From Octopus vulgaris (taxonomy: Eukaryota): 64,000 nucleotides of DNA. The stretch is from positions 140,740,001 to 140,804,000 of the forward strand of contig OX597815.1 of NCBI GenBank assembly GCA_951406725.2. The letters run 5' to 3'. The first letter of the stretch is position 1. Each line of letters begins with the position of its first letter. Shown here one piece after another: positions 50,198 through 63,009 of this stretch. Under the pieces are notes generated by a model. It was given only the letters and a program-made list of their open reading frames with translations. It had not been told where the DNA came from and did not search any database. Position numbers and translations under genes: made by a program.

Positions 50198-51150
50198 TAG
50201 GGTGCGTAAATTATATGAGGACATACCATTTTCGGGTCATTGCTGAATATTTTGCTAACTCTGTATAATCTTTGTTTCAGAAAATTATAATGGTAATGGC
50301 AGACCCTCATCTTACCCAAGAAATGAAGAGGCATGCTGTTATTGTGGTTATAAAGGCTGAGCATAGCAATTTAGAAATATTTCGATTTTTAAAAGTCGCT
50401 AAATCTTACACCTGTAAAGTTTGTAAGAAGCTAGAGACTGAAAATAGAAATGTTTCACCAAATTCGAAACATAAAAAGATTTTCTAAACTCTCTGAAAAA
50501 ATCAGCACATCTGAATTTATCCAGCAAGTTAACAAACCATTGATTGAATTCCAGAAAGTCCATGAAATTAATTACAAAAGATCTCCATGTGTCAAAGGTA
50601 CATTCAGAAATGTTGTCCACGAAGACATCAAATATAAGTCTTGTATGATGAGGAAACGTCTTAGAGTTAACTCTGCCGCCTGGAAATAATTGGTAAGAAA
50701 GGACATATGTGTTTCAGTAAGACCGTGCGCTATCACACATGGCTCCAGTAACACAGCAAAAGATGGCTGAAAATTTTCATGATCACGTAACCTCTAACAT
50801 TTGGCTTCCTAATACCCCAGATCTAAATCCATTGGACTATTACATGTGAAGCGTTGTTCAGAGAGAGATCAATGAATACACCCATAACACCAAAGATTCT
50901 TTGAAAGCTGCCATAGTCAGAGTAATGTCGAAAATGTACCAGGATCACTTGATTCGAGCATGTAGATGATTTAGATCTCATAGAGAAACAGTTTTGAAGC
51001 TGAAGGAGGCTTTATTGAATAATATTATAGAAAAGAAGGTTTATTTTTTATCCTCATAGTATCTTTATGATAAATAAAGTTAACATCTGTTATTATATAT
51101 CTGTTCATTTTATAAACATAAATCTGTCCTTAAATATCTTACGCACCATG
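50198..51150 (+). mobile_element. maT-like (DD37D-type) Tc1/mariner element, internally deleted
   Basis: Imperfect TIRs (TAGGGTGCGTAA..AGGACA / TGTCCT..TTACGCACCATG) in TA context. N-terminal KRHAVIV..HSNLEI; C-terminal YVFQ*D..SH..W..NTPDLNPLDYY..EGGFIE*. Confidence 0.85.
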
Positions 51151-51354
51151 TATATATATTAATGTAGAAGTAAGAATCAAAGTTAGGCAAATCAAGTTCA
51201 CATATACATTTATTCATCCCTAGACCCAACATGCATGAATTTCTCTCAAAGTATATTCAAGACAACAGAAATATCAAAAATATATAGATATACAAAAATA
51301 TATATAGTAAGCAATACACTAAAAATATACATATAAAGATATATAAATATACAA

Positions 51355-51512
51355 ACGTGGCTGTGTGGTAAGTAGCTTGCTGACGAACCACATGATTCCC
51401 GGTTCAGTGCCACTGCGTGGCATCTTGGGCAAGTGTCTTCTGCTATAGCCCCGGGCCGACCAATGCCTTGTAAGTGGATTTGGGAGACGGAAACTGAAAG
51501 AAGCCTGTCGTA

Positions 51513-51571
<59 letters not shown>

Positions 51572-51763
51572 TTGTGTGTCTGTGTTTGTCCCCCTAGCAT
51601 TGCTTGATAACCGATGCTGGTGTGTTTACGTCCCCGTCACTTAGCGGTTCGGCAAAAGAGACCGATAGAATAAGTGCTGGGCTTACAAGGAATAATTCTC
51701 GGGGTCGATTTGCTCGACTAAAGGCGGTGCTCCAGTATGGCCGCAGTCAAATGACTGAAACAA

Positions 51764-51770
<7 letters not shown>
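51355..51770 (+). mobile_element. SINE family B, well preserved, with internal (TA)n(TG)n and (GA)n tail
   Basis: Complete colinear match to 36862-37215. Confidence 0.9.
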
Positions 51771-51805
<35 letters not shown>

Positions 51806-52399
51806 GAGAGAGAGAGAGCATATACATTAAAAATATGTTGAAAAAATAGATACATATATAGGTCGACTAACAGATTATTAAACGAAATCATAAAAAGAGT
51901 TACGTGTCAATAAGATCAAAAGTTTGCGTACTAATAATCCAGTTAATAATCCTACGGCCCTTTCTGGGTGACCAGTTGTCAATGTATATAAAACATATTT
52001 ACATCCATTATTGGACACCTCCCCTTTCATCAGGGAAAAATAAATTTCTAAGAAAGGCTCACATGTACTGCGTTTTTCTAAAGGGAAATTATCTACTGCG
52101 CGTTTTTATAGAGCTATATGCAAAAGAACAGGGAGTGGAAGTGTTTTGGTGTGGTTGAAGTAGGAGATACAATTCATAATAAGATAAGGCTAAGGATGGT
52201 TCTATAAGAAGCGGGTAAGAGGAGGGGAGTATTGTTTTATTTTTCAGAAAAATTTTCAATGGTTGAGGAAATTATTTCTCAACTCTTTTCAAAATCATAA
52301 CGCATAAATGTTGAGTAAAACCTGTTTACAAGAGTAGATGACATCTGAAAATTTATTTAATATTGAGGAGTTGTGAAGACAGAATAATTCATGATTCTT

Positions 52400-53350
52400 A
52401 TATATATATATGCGGCTTTACTTCACAGGTGATCTAAACGACTAGGTACGCTAGTTAAGTGCTGTAACGGATTACCAGGCCTCCAAGGTTATAGCCGATA
52501 CTGTAGTTTTGGAGCCATTGTAGATTTCCGATATAGTGGATATACAATTGTTAAATAGGACAACATACATTAAGGTAAGATAAACACCTCAAGTCATATA
52601 CGTTATTATTGGAATAATCGAAAGTATCACAGCCCTTTCTTGGATATCCCAGAGTATGGGATATTTCATTATCGAAGACAAATAGGGAAAAATGAAGGGA
52701 ATAGATTGAGAAAATGATGACACAAAGGACAGGAGAAAAAGAATAAGGAGATGAAGAAAGAGAAGAAAAAAGAAGTATAAAAGTTTACAGCTCAACTTTC
52801 CGATCGTGTAGAAGTAAGTCCTTAAGTCCTAAGGTACAATCCTGTGTAAATTCTTGTAGGTTAAAGTCCTAATAATGTAACTATCCAGAAATAAAAGTGA
52901 AGATATCAATGTTCAATAACAGAACGGTAGCAGAGATGGCTATTAATGTATTTTGCGATGAGTCCAAGTTACGAATCAAAATAGGTCAACTGAAATAGTT
53001 TATTGAAACGTTGCAAATTGCATCGCAGTATTAAATTTATTTTACTATTGGCAATTATATTTCGATTTAAAATTGAGATCAACTTATTCAAAAGTATATC
53101 ATTAAGGATCTTGATTTTGATAATTCATTTTCACTCACCTGAAATTTAAAAGCTTAGAAAGAATATAAGATATTAGATGTGTGAACGCTCAGGAGGATCA
53201 AGATAATAATATGGCCTATGAAGCTTTGCATTAATCGGATTTAATTAAACTATTTTATCAACCAACAACTCCACTATTATTTCTAAGCTTCTTGAGTAAA
53301 TGGAATGAAACTAAATAGCATTCTGCAAACAATTAAATGAAAGATTCCCT
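52400..53350 (-). mobile_element. Possible old PLE relic
   Basis: Weak minus-strand WTH and LFLD motifs, followed by a hairpin ATATCCCA/TGGGATAT (52644-52664) in a hammerhead-like context. Confidence 0.25.
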
Positions 53351-54182
53351 TTTACAGTTGTTTATTTTCGTCTTAATTAGTAATTCTGCATGTAGTGAGA
53401 AGGGAAACTAGCACTAATATAACCTCAGATAGTTGCAGAGGCGAAAACGCAAATCCGCTCTCATTCCCTATACTGAAGCTAAGACACCCCTAATTATGTC
53501 AACAAACAATTTGCGCAGCATGCAATGCACGCATCCACATTTAAACATATGCTCACAGAGAGAAAGCACTTATAAAAGCAGCAGGTGAAGTGAATTCAAA
53601 GAAGGGATATCAACTGAGAAAATGAGCGTGATCAAACTGAAAACAAGAGGAAGGGAGAAAGACGAGGAAAGGGAGAGAATAAAAAGAATAGGAAGAAGGT
53701 GATAGAGAAGAAAAAGAGCTGGAGCAGAAGAATTAGCATTAGAATTATAAGAAGGAAAAAAAGAATGAAAATGAAGGATGACGGATCTTGAGTCAACAAG
53801 TGCTTGCAATATATCTACATACATGAATGTTAACAAAATTATATCGTTGCTATATATTTTCCTAACCGACCCTCTATAAGTATCTTTGATTTTTTTTTTG
53901 CTTTCAGGAATATTTCCGAATGTTTTTCATAGATTCTGTTGTTGTTTTGCTTTTTTATTACTGCGCATTCCAATATTTGAGTTGAAACGATGGTTAGAAA
54001 ATGGACAGAAGCTGTCAAAGAAAGCGTTTCCAAGCATATTTATTCTTGTACCTTTTCTTTGCCTTTGGGGAGAACGTTATAATGTAAAGCAAAGAGAGAT
54101 TTCACTACATACTTGCTTATATTTGAGGTGATGATGGAGGCGGAATCAGATACTTTTTCCTAGTTGTTTGTCTTATGTAGAA

Positions 54183-54234
54183 CTAGCAATGTAGTCCGGC
54201 GCTGTCCGAGGGTTATGATCTACAGCCACTTTGC

Positions 54235-54269
<35 letters not shown>

Positions 54270-55573
54270 CTTCTTAAGAAAAAATATATATTCTAATAAG
54301 TAAAACATAATATCATGAATAGCGATAGCGAAACCGGTCGATATATTAAAAATTATATTAAAACTATGTAAGTGTGCGTATTTTCCTTTTTTAATTTCTT
54401 ATATATATATATTCAATTTTCAAGTTCAAGCAGAATGTGCGCACCACACACGATGCACTCCGGCGTTGCCTGTATCGTTGATAACAATTACACCATGACC
54501 AACTGGTATTGCAGTGCATGCCTCCGATAAGGAAAACTTGATCTGAAATTGTGCCAAACAGTGAATATGGTATGCATCCCGACCAATGAAGGGACACGCA
54601 CCGTGAGTGGACTCGTGTACGAGATTTCCCCTCACGTAGATGCACGGTATTGTTGTCTTTACTGACGTTATCAAGTCCGTATTTATTTCCCTTCCCTTCG
54701 CACCACCCAAATTATAGTACACGATCAACCACTGTGAAAAATAAGGAGATTGTAGTAAAACACTTAAGAACTTTGCAGTTTATGGAATGAATGATAGGCA
54801 TGAATATACACTAATAACGATGAGCAACTTTGCATTACTTGTGTTGAATAAAGAGAGAAATGTTAAACGCAACAAAGCTCGAAAGGTTTCAGTTATTGCT
54901 TCACGTCTTTTCCCCTTGAATGTATACAGGCCCTTACTGTGCTTAATCCTTGGGGAAATTTTATTGAATTTAAACCTAAGAACGTTGTTTGGCATTCCTG
55001 AGTCGTTTGTTACCATGAAAATCTGCAGGAATAAATAGTTTTTGGCAGTAATGCCAGAAACGCACACAATTATGCCAGAAACACGGTACATTAGGCAATT
55101 TTCTGTTGAAAAATAGGACTTTATGCAAAGAAATGGTATCACAATACTTAAATTATGGAATACTGAAGACGTTTATATAGGCAGTTTAGATGTGGCACAG
55201 AGGCCATTATTGACTGAAAATCTGCCAATAATTGTTCCCTAAAACGTGTTTTTGGCCATTTTCCGTTGACAAATAGAGTTATGTGCATCACAAATGCACT
55301 CATAACGCTCCTTGTGCATTGCTGAATTTTTTCACACTGCAGAAATTAAGCAAATTCAAATATTCCTAAAAAAATGACCTTAAAATTGTTCGACCTGACT
55401 TCGAGATTATTTTTGTAGTAAAAAAGCGTTGTGCCAAAAAATATATCGTTTGGTAACCGAAAGATTACTGAATCTCTTGATACCTCATGCCTTAAAATAA
55501 GGAACTTATGTAGCATACACATACACACACACACACGCACACACACACAGAAATTCTGTTTTGTATATATAGG
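54183..55573 (-). mobile_element. Non-autonomous Helitron, about 1.39 kb
   Basis: Minus strand starts A|CCTATATATACAAAACAG (TC head with one change) and ends with the hairpin CTCGGACAGCGCCGGA and CTAG|T. The 5' part is homologous to 1090-1345. Confidence 0.72.
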
Positions 55574-56232
55574 TAAATATCATATTTATTTGTTGGAGTC
55601 GCGTTTCATAGATTAGGTGCCTCCATGCAGGCAATGGTTTCTGTAAGTTCAAAGTGGAGGTTTTGATAAGGCATTCTCATGTATGGTATCCATCTTACAA
55701 ACACTACCCGTTCGAAATAATGCTTTAGAGTGATGGGTTATCATTCGTATTGATTTACTTGGTGCCAGTACATTAGTGCTTCTAACATACATACACCCTT
55801 TCACACTCGAGATTGATTACTGATTCGCTTCATGAAATCTCTTGAATTGATATATTTGATATTATATACTATCCAGCTGTCGTAGTCACAGGAATGACGT
55901 GGAGAGTGCAATAGTCCGATGTATTAGGTCTTTTCATTTAAGACTAAGATTACGGATTATAAAGACATGGTAATTGTTTGAGAAATAATTTAGTTTACAT
56001 TTTTGAAAATTCATCTATATATTGCAACTTGATATTTTCATCTCTTCCACTCTTCAACATTGGATAAAATTTACTTGGTATAATATTGAATCTTCATGTT
56101 TTTGTGCGATAATTTCGGACAAGTCCTCAATTAGCTATAGAGGTAATATAGTTAATATATATCTGCTCTGTATTCCTTACAACTTCACATATGTCGAATA
56201 AAAATCTGCGCACGTAGGTATCAAGCATATGT

Positions 56233-56355
56233 CCACACGTGGCTTCGGGTTCAGTCCCACTGCGTGGTTTCTTGGGAAAGTGTCTTTTACTATAACCACG
56301 GGCCGATCGAAGCCTTGTGAGTGGATTGGGTTGCCGAAAACTGGAAGAAGCCGTC

Positions 56356-56399
<44 letters not shown>

Positions 56400-56620
56400 G
56401 TTTATGTGTCTGTACTTATTCGTCCACCATCGCTTGACAATTAATGCTGTTGTGTTTACCTCCCCGCAACTTAGCGGTTCGGATAAAGAGACAGATAAAA
56501 TAAGTACTAGGCTTACAGAGAATAAGTCCTGGCGTCGATTTGTTTAGCTAAAGACGGTGCTCCAGCATGACCATAATCAAATGACTGAAACAAGTAAAAG
56601 TATAAAAGAATGAAAAGAAC
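56233..56620 (+). mobile_element. SINE family B
   Basis: CGGGTTCAGTCCCACTGCGTGG..ATCGCTTGACAA..TAAGTACTAGGCTTAC..GTGCTCCAGCATG..ATGACTGAAACAAGTAAAAG. Confidence 0.85.
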
Positions 56621-58448
56621 ATTCAATGAGTGTATCATCTAATTCGAACGAGCACGGAAGAACAATAAACATAAAAATATGTGAAAGGGAGATAGAAAGA
56701 GATAGAGAGGGAGTGCGAGAGAATGAGGAAGAGAAAAGATGGAGGCAATGCAATTAAAATGAGATAATACAGAGGAAAGTGACGAACATACAATGGAATC
56801 ATTGGTCTACATTTTACTAGCAATAAATCCACAAGTAATATGTCATACCATAAATGATGTATCAGCGATTCATACCTTCCTAAACTATTTCTTTATCAGA
56901 TGTTGCCCATCACCAAAAACTGGCGTGCAACCCAAACACTAATCATGTATTCTTGCATAGTTGACATACATAGCCTCCTTTATACATTTTCACTGTAGTA
57001 CAAACAATGACTAAGCTGTTTTTAGAGAGATAATTGGATGTTTGGACATTCGTAATTGCCTTCGGTAGTAAAAAGAGAAGTAAAGATAAATATCGACACT
57101 CTGAATAGAAATCAGCCACACTGTTTTTCAATATAGATCAGCGTTGATGTTTATTTACGAGAACCACCATTTATATGCCGCTGATAAACCAAGCTTACGA
57201 TTGAATATATATGTTATACTTTGACTAGCTAAAACTAGCAGCCTTCAAATCACACTCCATCGTATCAAGCATAAAGAGAACGTTACAATTTTATCAATTT
57301 TTTAGAAACCCGGGTGAACTTTGACCATTTGTTTGTCCGATCACGGAAGAACATGGGCTAAAAAAATATCGGTGTGTATCAGCAAAATTACTATTACTCA
57401 GAATATTCTAATATCTAGCGTAGAAATGAGAATGGAGTTTGAATTAAAACTGTATTCTATTATACCTGTGTTTGATACTTTCGTGACTTTCTATTGTTGT
57501 TCTTAGTTTAGTGACTTGATACCGAAAGTATTGTAGGTCGTACTTTCTTATTAAAATGAAATACATCTACAAGTACGTTAAGTCTGAACTTCTCGGTAGC
57601 ATTGCACTAACGAATAGATAGATTATAGAAGTAGTACTGGCAGCAAGATCGATTTTTTCTGCAAGATTGATTGTACGTAAGTAAATCGTCACTGCTTCAA
57701 AGCTAAAAAGTTTTGAAATTACGAGGTTTGCATTATATTTTCATTATATTTCCCTATTCATTAAGTTGGCACAATGTTGCATTTAGGGTAGCATTCTCAA
57801 TACTCTTGTCGACAGACAAAAAAGACCCCGAATATTATAGAAAGTGTAATTAGTGTCTACAAATAAATCATGATAGGTGACAGAATCAGAAGAGTTATTC
57901 CTTTTAGACTGGGACCCAGATACTGATTATACTACGTTTGAATTTCAACATTCAGAGGTGAATATTATAAGCATCTGCTAACTACTATAATGATGAATAC
58001 ACATATAGATTTTTTTTCATATATTGTGGTCTCCATGCCTATATTTAAAATGGTTACTTTTTTAAAAGAATGTTATAGAGTTATAGATGCTGCCCGAGAC
58101 ACTTGCAGTCTGCCAAAGCAGCAATCTATCGAGTCTGTTGCTTTGAATTTAGACATCGACAAAATATTTACTGTGCTACTCAATCTGCTAGAAATAGCTG
58201 CCATTTCTCAAATCAATATAATACTGTCTTTCTGTGAACGACATCAGATTATACCTAAATTAAAGGTAATATGACAATACTTTCTTTTTCAGTATGTTCT
58301 TAGATCTCTGCTATATTAAACACGGTAGAATTCTGCAACATTTATGAAGTCTGTTTAAATACGTTGACATCATTTTTAAACAAGTATATATATATATATA
58401 TATATATTGTTAATCCAAACATGAAAACACAAACATGAAAACACATTT

Positions 58449-58524
<76 letters not shown>

Positions 58525-59319
58525 CACACACACACACACATATATATAATGTTCGTCAAGCAGTCAAATCTTATCACGAATATCAGTAGAAGTGTAACAT
58601 AAGCGAACTGGTAGCAACATTGAAACATCTACGAGAAAATTCGTTTTGCCCTTCGACAACCAACTCCACCAAAGATGAATAATATATATCTTATGTTTCT
58701 TTAATAAATATTTTTGCGAAGTATTATTGATGTAAAATGATACACAAGAACCACATCTGACAAAAAGGTAGCATTTAAATACTTTAGATGATAAGAATAA
58801 TTAATCGCTTGGGAAGTCAATTCTGAAAGATTCTTGGCATCAACGTTTGATGCACCTAACGGTTAATTTATGAACAGACGATTATAAACTGAACTTTTAT
58901 CATCAATACCTGATCTTACAAAACTAATTAATCCTTGCGGCATTGCATCATTTACTTCGATAGTTTTATGTTAATATTAAGTATGATTTACTTTCTTGCA
59001 AATATACTTCTCAGTACAAAAGTCTGTGAAGCGCTGAATACATTAAAAAAAAACTGAAATGGATATGAAACATGCTCAATGTTTTTGTCGCCTTCATTTT
59101 AATTAATTAAAATTCTACCTGTAATGCAGAGAAAAGAAATTCATTATGATAAGGAATACATTTGCTTAAAAAGGCAGAAGAGATAACGTTTATTAAAACT
59201 ACAACTGAGAGCAAAATGGAATGCTATAGGAAGTTGCTTTATTGTTTGGCAGAAAGACAACAAAGCAACTTGGTGTTCTGTTATTATTAGACTTAACTCT
59301 GAGTGAAATGTTTTGTAAC

Positions 59320-59470
59320 ATTTATTGCGGCTTTATGTTTTGCGTTTCAATTTCGACGAGATAGACTTTGCTTTTCATCCTTTCGGAGTTGATAAAATAA
59401 GTACCACTTGAGCACAGTGGTCGATGTAATCGACTAGTCCTTCCCCCAAAATTTCCGGTATAGAGAATAC
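59320..59470 (+). mobile_element. SINE family A, 3' part
   Basis: GACTTTGCTTTTCATCCTTTCGGAGTTGATAAAATAAGTACC..GGTCGATGTAATCGACT. Confidence 0.75.
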
Positions 59471-59544
59471 GTAAACGTAATTTAAAAAAAAAAGGGAATT
59501 GGTAGTTCTAGAAAATATATATTAAAATCCCTGAGTAGAATGTT

Positions 59545-60125
59545 TATATAAGCATGATATTTCTTCTGAAAAGGTTAATATTTTTAAAGAATTTTGCAAA
59601 TGTAAGGTGTTTCTTGAATGGATTTAGACTAATTTTTCGCTCCTTTTCTTTGCCGAGATACAAGAATGAAGGCGGAGAGAGGCACCTGTCACAAACATAT
59701 GCAGAGAAATAAGCATGAAAGGTACACCTTTGTGCGGCTGTCATAAATGTCAGCATATCTCTCTTACCGCATTCCAAACTTCTCTTTTGATTTGCTTCTC
59801 TCAAACAAGCTAAATAATATCTTGTTAGCATTTCACATATCTGACTTGCTGCTGGAAAAAGCTGCCATTTATTTTTGTTTTTATTGGTAGATTATAAAAG
59901 TCATGAATGTTATATTTAAAGTATATCCTTAAGTTTTTCCATTGATACAAACATGCTATACGGAAAACAACTATCTTATAGATATCTGTGCCAGAGAAGA
60001 AATATGTCAAAATTATAATAAAAAGAATTATTCTGTACTGTTTTCGTCAGCTAAAAGTATATTTCTTTCTAAGAGGGTGAGGAAGGAGGATTTCAATCTT
60101 CAAGGTTAAGAGCCAATTGACGAAT
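59545..60125 (-). pseudogene. Decayed juxtamembrane / transmembrane / TIR-like segment of a Toll-like receptor relic
   Basis: FVNWLL..PHPL (LRR-CT-like), then in frame IILFIIILTYFF..IVVFRIACLY (hydrophobic) and RIYFKYNIH.F. After a frameshift, YYLACLRE..SLECGKRDML resembles the TIR L..LE..LC...RDF pattern. Confidence 0.4.
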
Positions 60126-60409
60126 CAATACCTATATGTATAGAAAAATAGAATCCAACTACTCACACATACATATATCAACATACTCAAATTCACACAC
60201 AATAGCGCAGGTACGTCACAAATGTATATGTTCATGTGTTGAAATAAAAGTGGATATAAAAGTGGTATGAAATAGAATAATTTAGCGTACTTTCACAGGA
60301 TAATATCATGTAACACAACATACAGGAATTCGCATAAATTAATTTAATTACATTCTGAAAAATGTCTCACTTATTTTTAAAATAAGTGCAGATATCTCTT
60401 TCGACTAAT

Positions 60410-60822
60410 TTCCGTGGACCTTTCCTGTGACCGTCCAGAACCGCTTAAGCTGGACTGCCCACATTAACAACCACGTCGATATGGTTCTCAAAGTGTGCTC
60501 CTGGATCCTCAGGATTTCTTGGTCTATCGACACTCCTGAGATTGACCTTCTCCTCTTCAATTTCGCCTCTACTCACTTCTAATACTGTAGTCCGCTGTGG
60601 TCTCTGTACACGAAATATAATATTATAATCATTGAGGAGCCCTAGAAATCAATTACAATAAAATTAGGAAACATGACATATGCGTATTGGAATCGTCTCG
60701 AGAAACTCAAACTTCGTTCTTTCCAACGCTGCTGCAAGCATTATATCGTTTTTATGACGTGGAAAATATTCCAAGCAGCTTGGCGAATCAATTCGTCCAT
60801 TCACTGGCGATTCTTGTCTGAT
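60410..60822 (+). mobile_element. CR1-group LINE post-RT remnant
   Basis: LSWTAHIN..VCSWILR..YCSPLWS..YWNRLEKLKLRSFQR..WKI. Confidence 0.8.
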
Positions 60823-61194
60823 CGCAGCAGATGCAGTTCCACTGAGTCTATATGTTTTTAATGATGTTGCTCTTCATATTCCTCGATCTGTGCTCATTAC
60901 TCTTGCTATTTGTGTCATCTCCATAACCAACAGGTAATGTAAGACTGAACATTTTTTTTTTAGATTTGACTTAGTTTGCTCACAGAAACTTCGTGTTCTT
61001 CATTGCAAAAGAATAACGGGTTCCAAGCAGAAGCCACGTGCCATCTTTGAATTTTTCCCGAAGGACCGGCGTTCACACGAAGCTCTTGGTTGTATACAAA
61101 GATAAATGGCATTTGCAAGAGTAAAGTTGTTTCAAAAAGGGAAAACCACTGAAAACAAAAGACACAGTGGGACACCATTAAATGCGAGCACAAC

Positions 61195-61321
61195 ATGAAT
61201 CGTCTCCGAGTGCGTGTTTGAGGAATTGAAATTTCATTCCCTCCAACGCTGTTGCAAGCGTTCTATCATTTTTATGACATGGAAAGTATTCCAGCACCAT
61301 TACAAATCAATTCGTCCATTC
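61195..61321 (+). mobile_element. Second partial copy of the CR1 segment
   Basis: LKFHSLQRCCKRSIIFMTWKVFQ; colinear with 60690-60822. Confidence 0.7.
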
Positions 61322-61324
61322 GTC

Positions 61325-61364
<40 letters not shown>

Positions 61365-61594
61365 ACCCTCTACTGATTGACACAAACATACACGCACACA
61401 GATACTACCATGCACACATACACACACAAAACACACTACTCACACACACAAACCCAGATGCACACAGATACTACCATACACAAAGACATATACTGGCTTT
61501 CGTCGCACTCACCTGTCCTAAAACCACTTTATCTTATTCTACTTCCGATCACTTAAACAATGTAACCACAGACCTGCTACAGCGATTTGTTTTC

Positions 61595-61737
61595 CTTCTT
61601 TAGACTTTTCTCTTTCTCCTTTCCGACGAAGGGCTGAGCTCGAAACGACAAACTCTCTCTTTTCACCGAGTGTCAAGATAATACATTTCTTGGCAACGTC
61701 CCCTTGTCCTTTAATTTTATTCGTTTATTTGAATTGA

Positions 61738-61740
<3 letters not shown>
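61595..61740 (+). mobile_element. PLE-like tail with degenerate hammerhead motif
   Basis: CCGACGA-AGGGC-TGA-GCTC-GAAACG at 61623-61647 in pyrimidine-rich sequence ending at (TA)n. Confidence 0.45.
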
Positions 61741-61781
<41 letters not shown>

Positions 61782-62229
61782 GTTGCTTGAAATAAGAGAC
61801 AAAACAATTCCTATTTCTAGCAATGATGGTGTTGACGAGCACTCTTAGTCACTTTTGTGACGTATCTACTTGTGCCTTTTGCTTGTAAATTGCAAATAAG
61901 CCCCCTTAATGATTTCTACACAAACACGCACACATACAATAATATATGTCTCTGTGTGTTTGTGTTGTCTTCACCCACTACAATTACCATCATTTGAAAA
62001 TTGGTTTTCCTTTACATCTGCATAACCTTGCGAATTTAATTTACATAGCTCTGAAACAATAAGTTGTTTGTCTACCATCAACTAGATTTTGTGTTAATTC
62101 TTAAATTAATTTATTTTAAAATAACAAATTCTATCACTCTCAAGTATTTGGATACAACGTTTAGTTTTGGATATAAAATCTGCTACTTAACTTTAGGGCA
62201 TCCTACATCAGTGATATGATGAAACGTTA

Positions 62230-62940
62230 ACAAATAGTAATAGCATTTGAAAGTCAATATGGTTTACGTGCGAATAAATTTCAGATTCAGGAAGAACATT
62301 TTGACGAAAACGAGGTTTTGCATATTGTTGCAGTCATCCATTAATTTTTATTTGCATGCCAATGAACTGGATGAATATTTTTACTCTGAAAAAAGTCACC
62401 TAATGTATTTATTATACAGCATACTGTTAATGTAATTCGATATTTATGTTATGTATAACTGTTTATTGTTTTTTTTTAATGTTCGTAATATAAACATTCT
62501 CTTTAGCACAGTTTTTCCAGAATGGATCGGTTTCAGCTGCATTAAATATGTATTGTGAAGAATGGTAAAATATCTCAATTACTTTGACTAGGAATTTGAT
62601 ATGAAGGATTGAATATTTTCCTTTTTCAAACCATCAGTTACTACCTGATTTGTGATGTTGATTTGTTTGAGAATACCTACTGAATTTCGTCATGTAGCAA
62701 AGCCGTAAATAGACAACGGATTTATGCTAGAGGTTTATGCTCTATCCAAAATAATTAAATATTTTCATTATCCTTGCAAAATTACTCTGTTTGATGTGTG
62801 TTTTGAAAATATTAAAGATCCTGCGATGATACTATCTCCCATTTGTTCAAATTATTAAATGCTCTAATTGTTACTTCATTTACATTAGACAGTTTTATGA
62901 TTATTTGTTAGCTGAATTAAGAATTTAATTTTCATTTTTA
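62230..62940 (-). pseudogene. Decayed leucine-rich-repeat ectodomain segment with LRR-CT-like motif
   Basis: IKFLIQLTNN, LSNVNEVTIRAFNNLNK.EI, YLIILD, LRYFTILHNTYLMQL, then HPVH....*WM..SKCSS..NLFARK; many stops. Confidence 0.45.
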
Positions 62941-63009
62941 ATCAATTATCTATGAAGTTTCCGTGTCATTGTGCAAAACACAAAAGTAAAGGTGTACAGG
63001 GTCACTATG

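Noticed and set aside
60964-61105. SLC22-like exon (FDLVCS after a T-rich AG)
   Set aside because: Similarity is limited to five residues and the frame soon closes. The upstream GT..AG interval is only 30 nt, too short for a typical intron.
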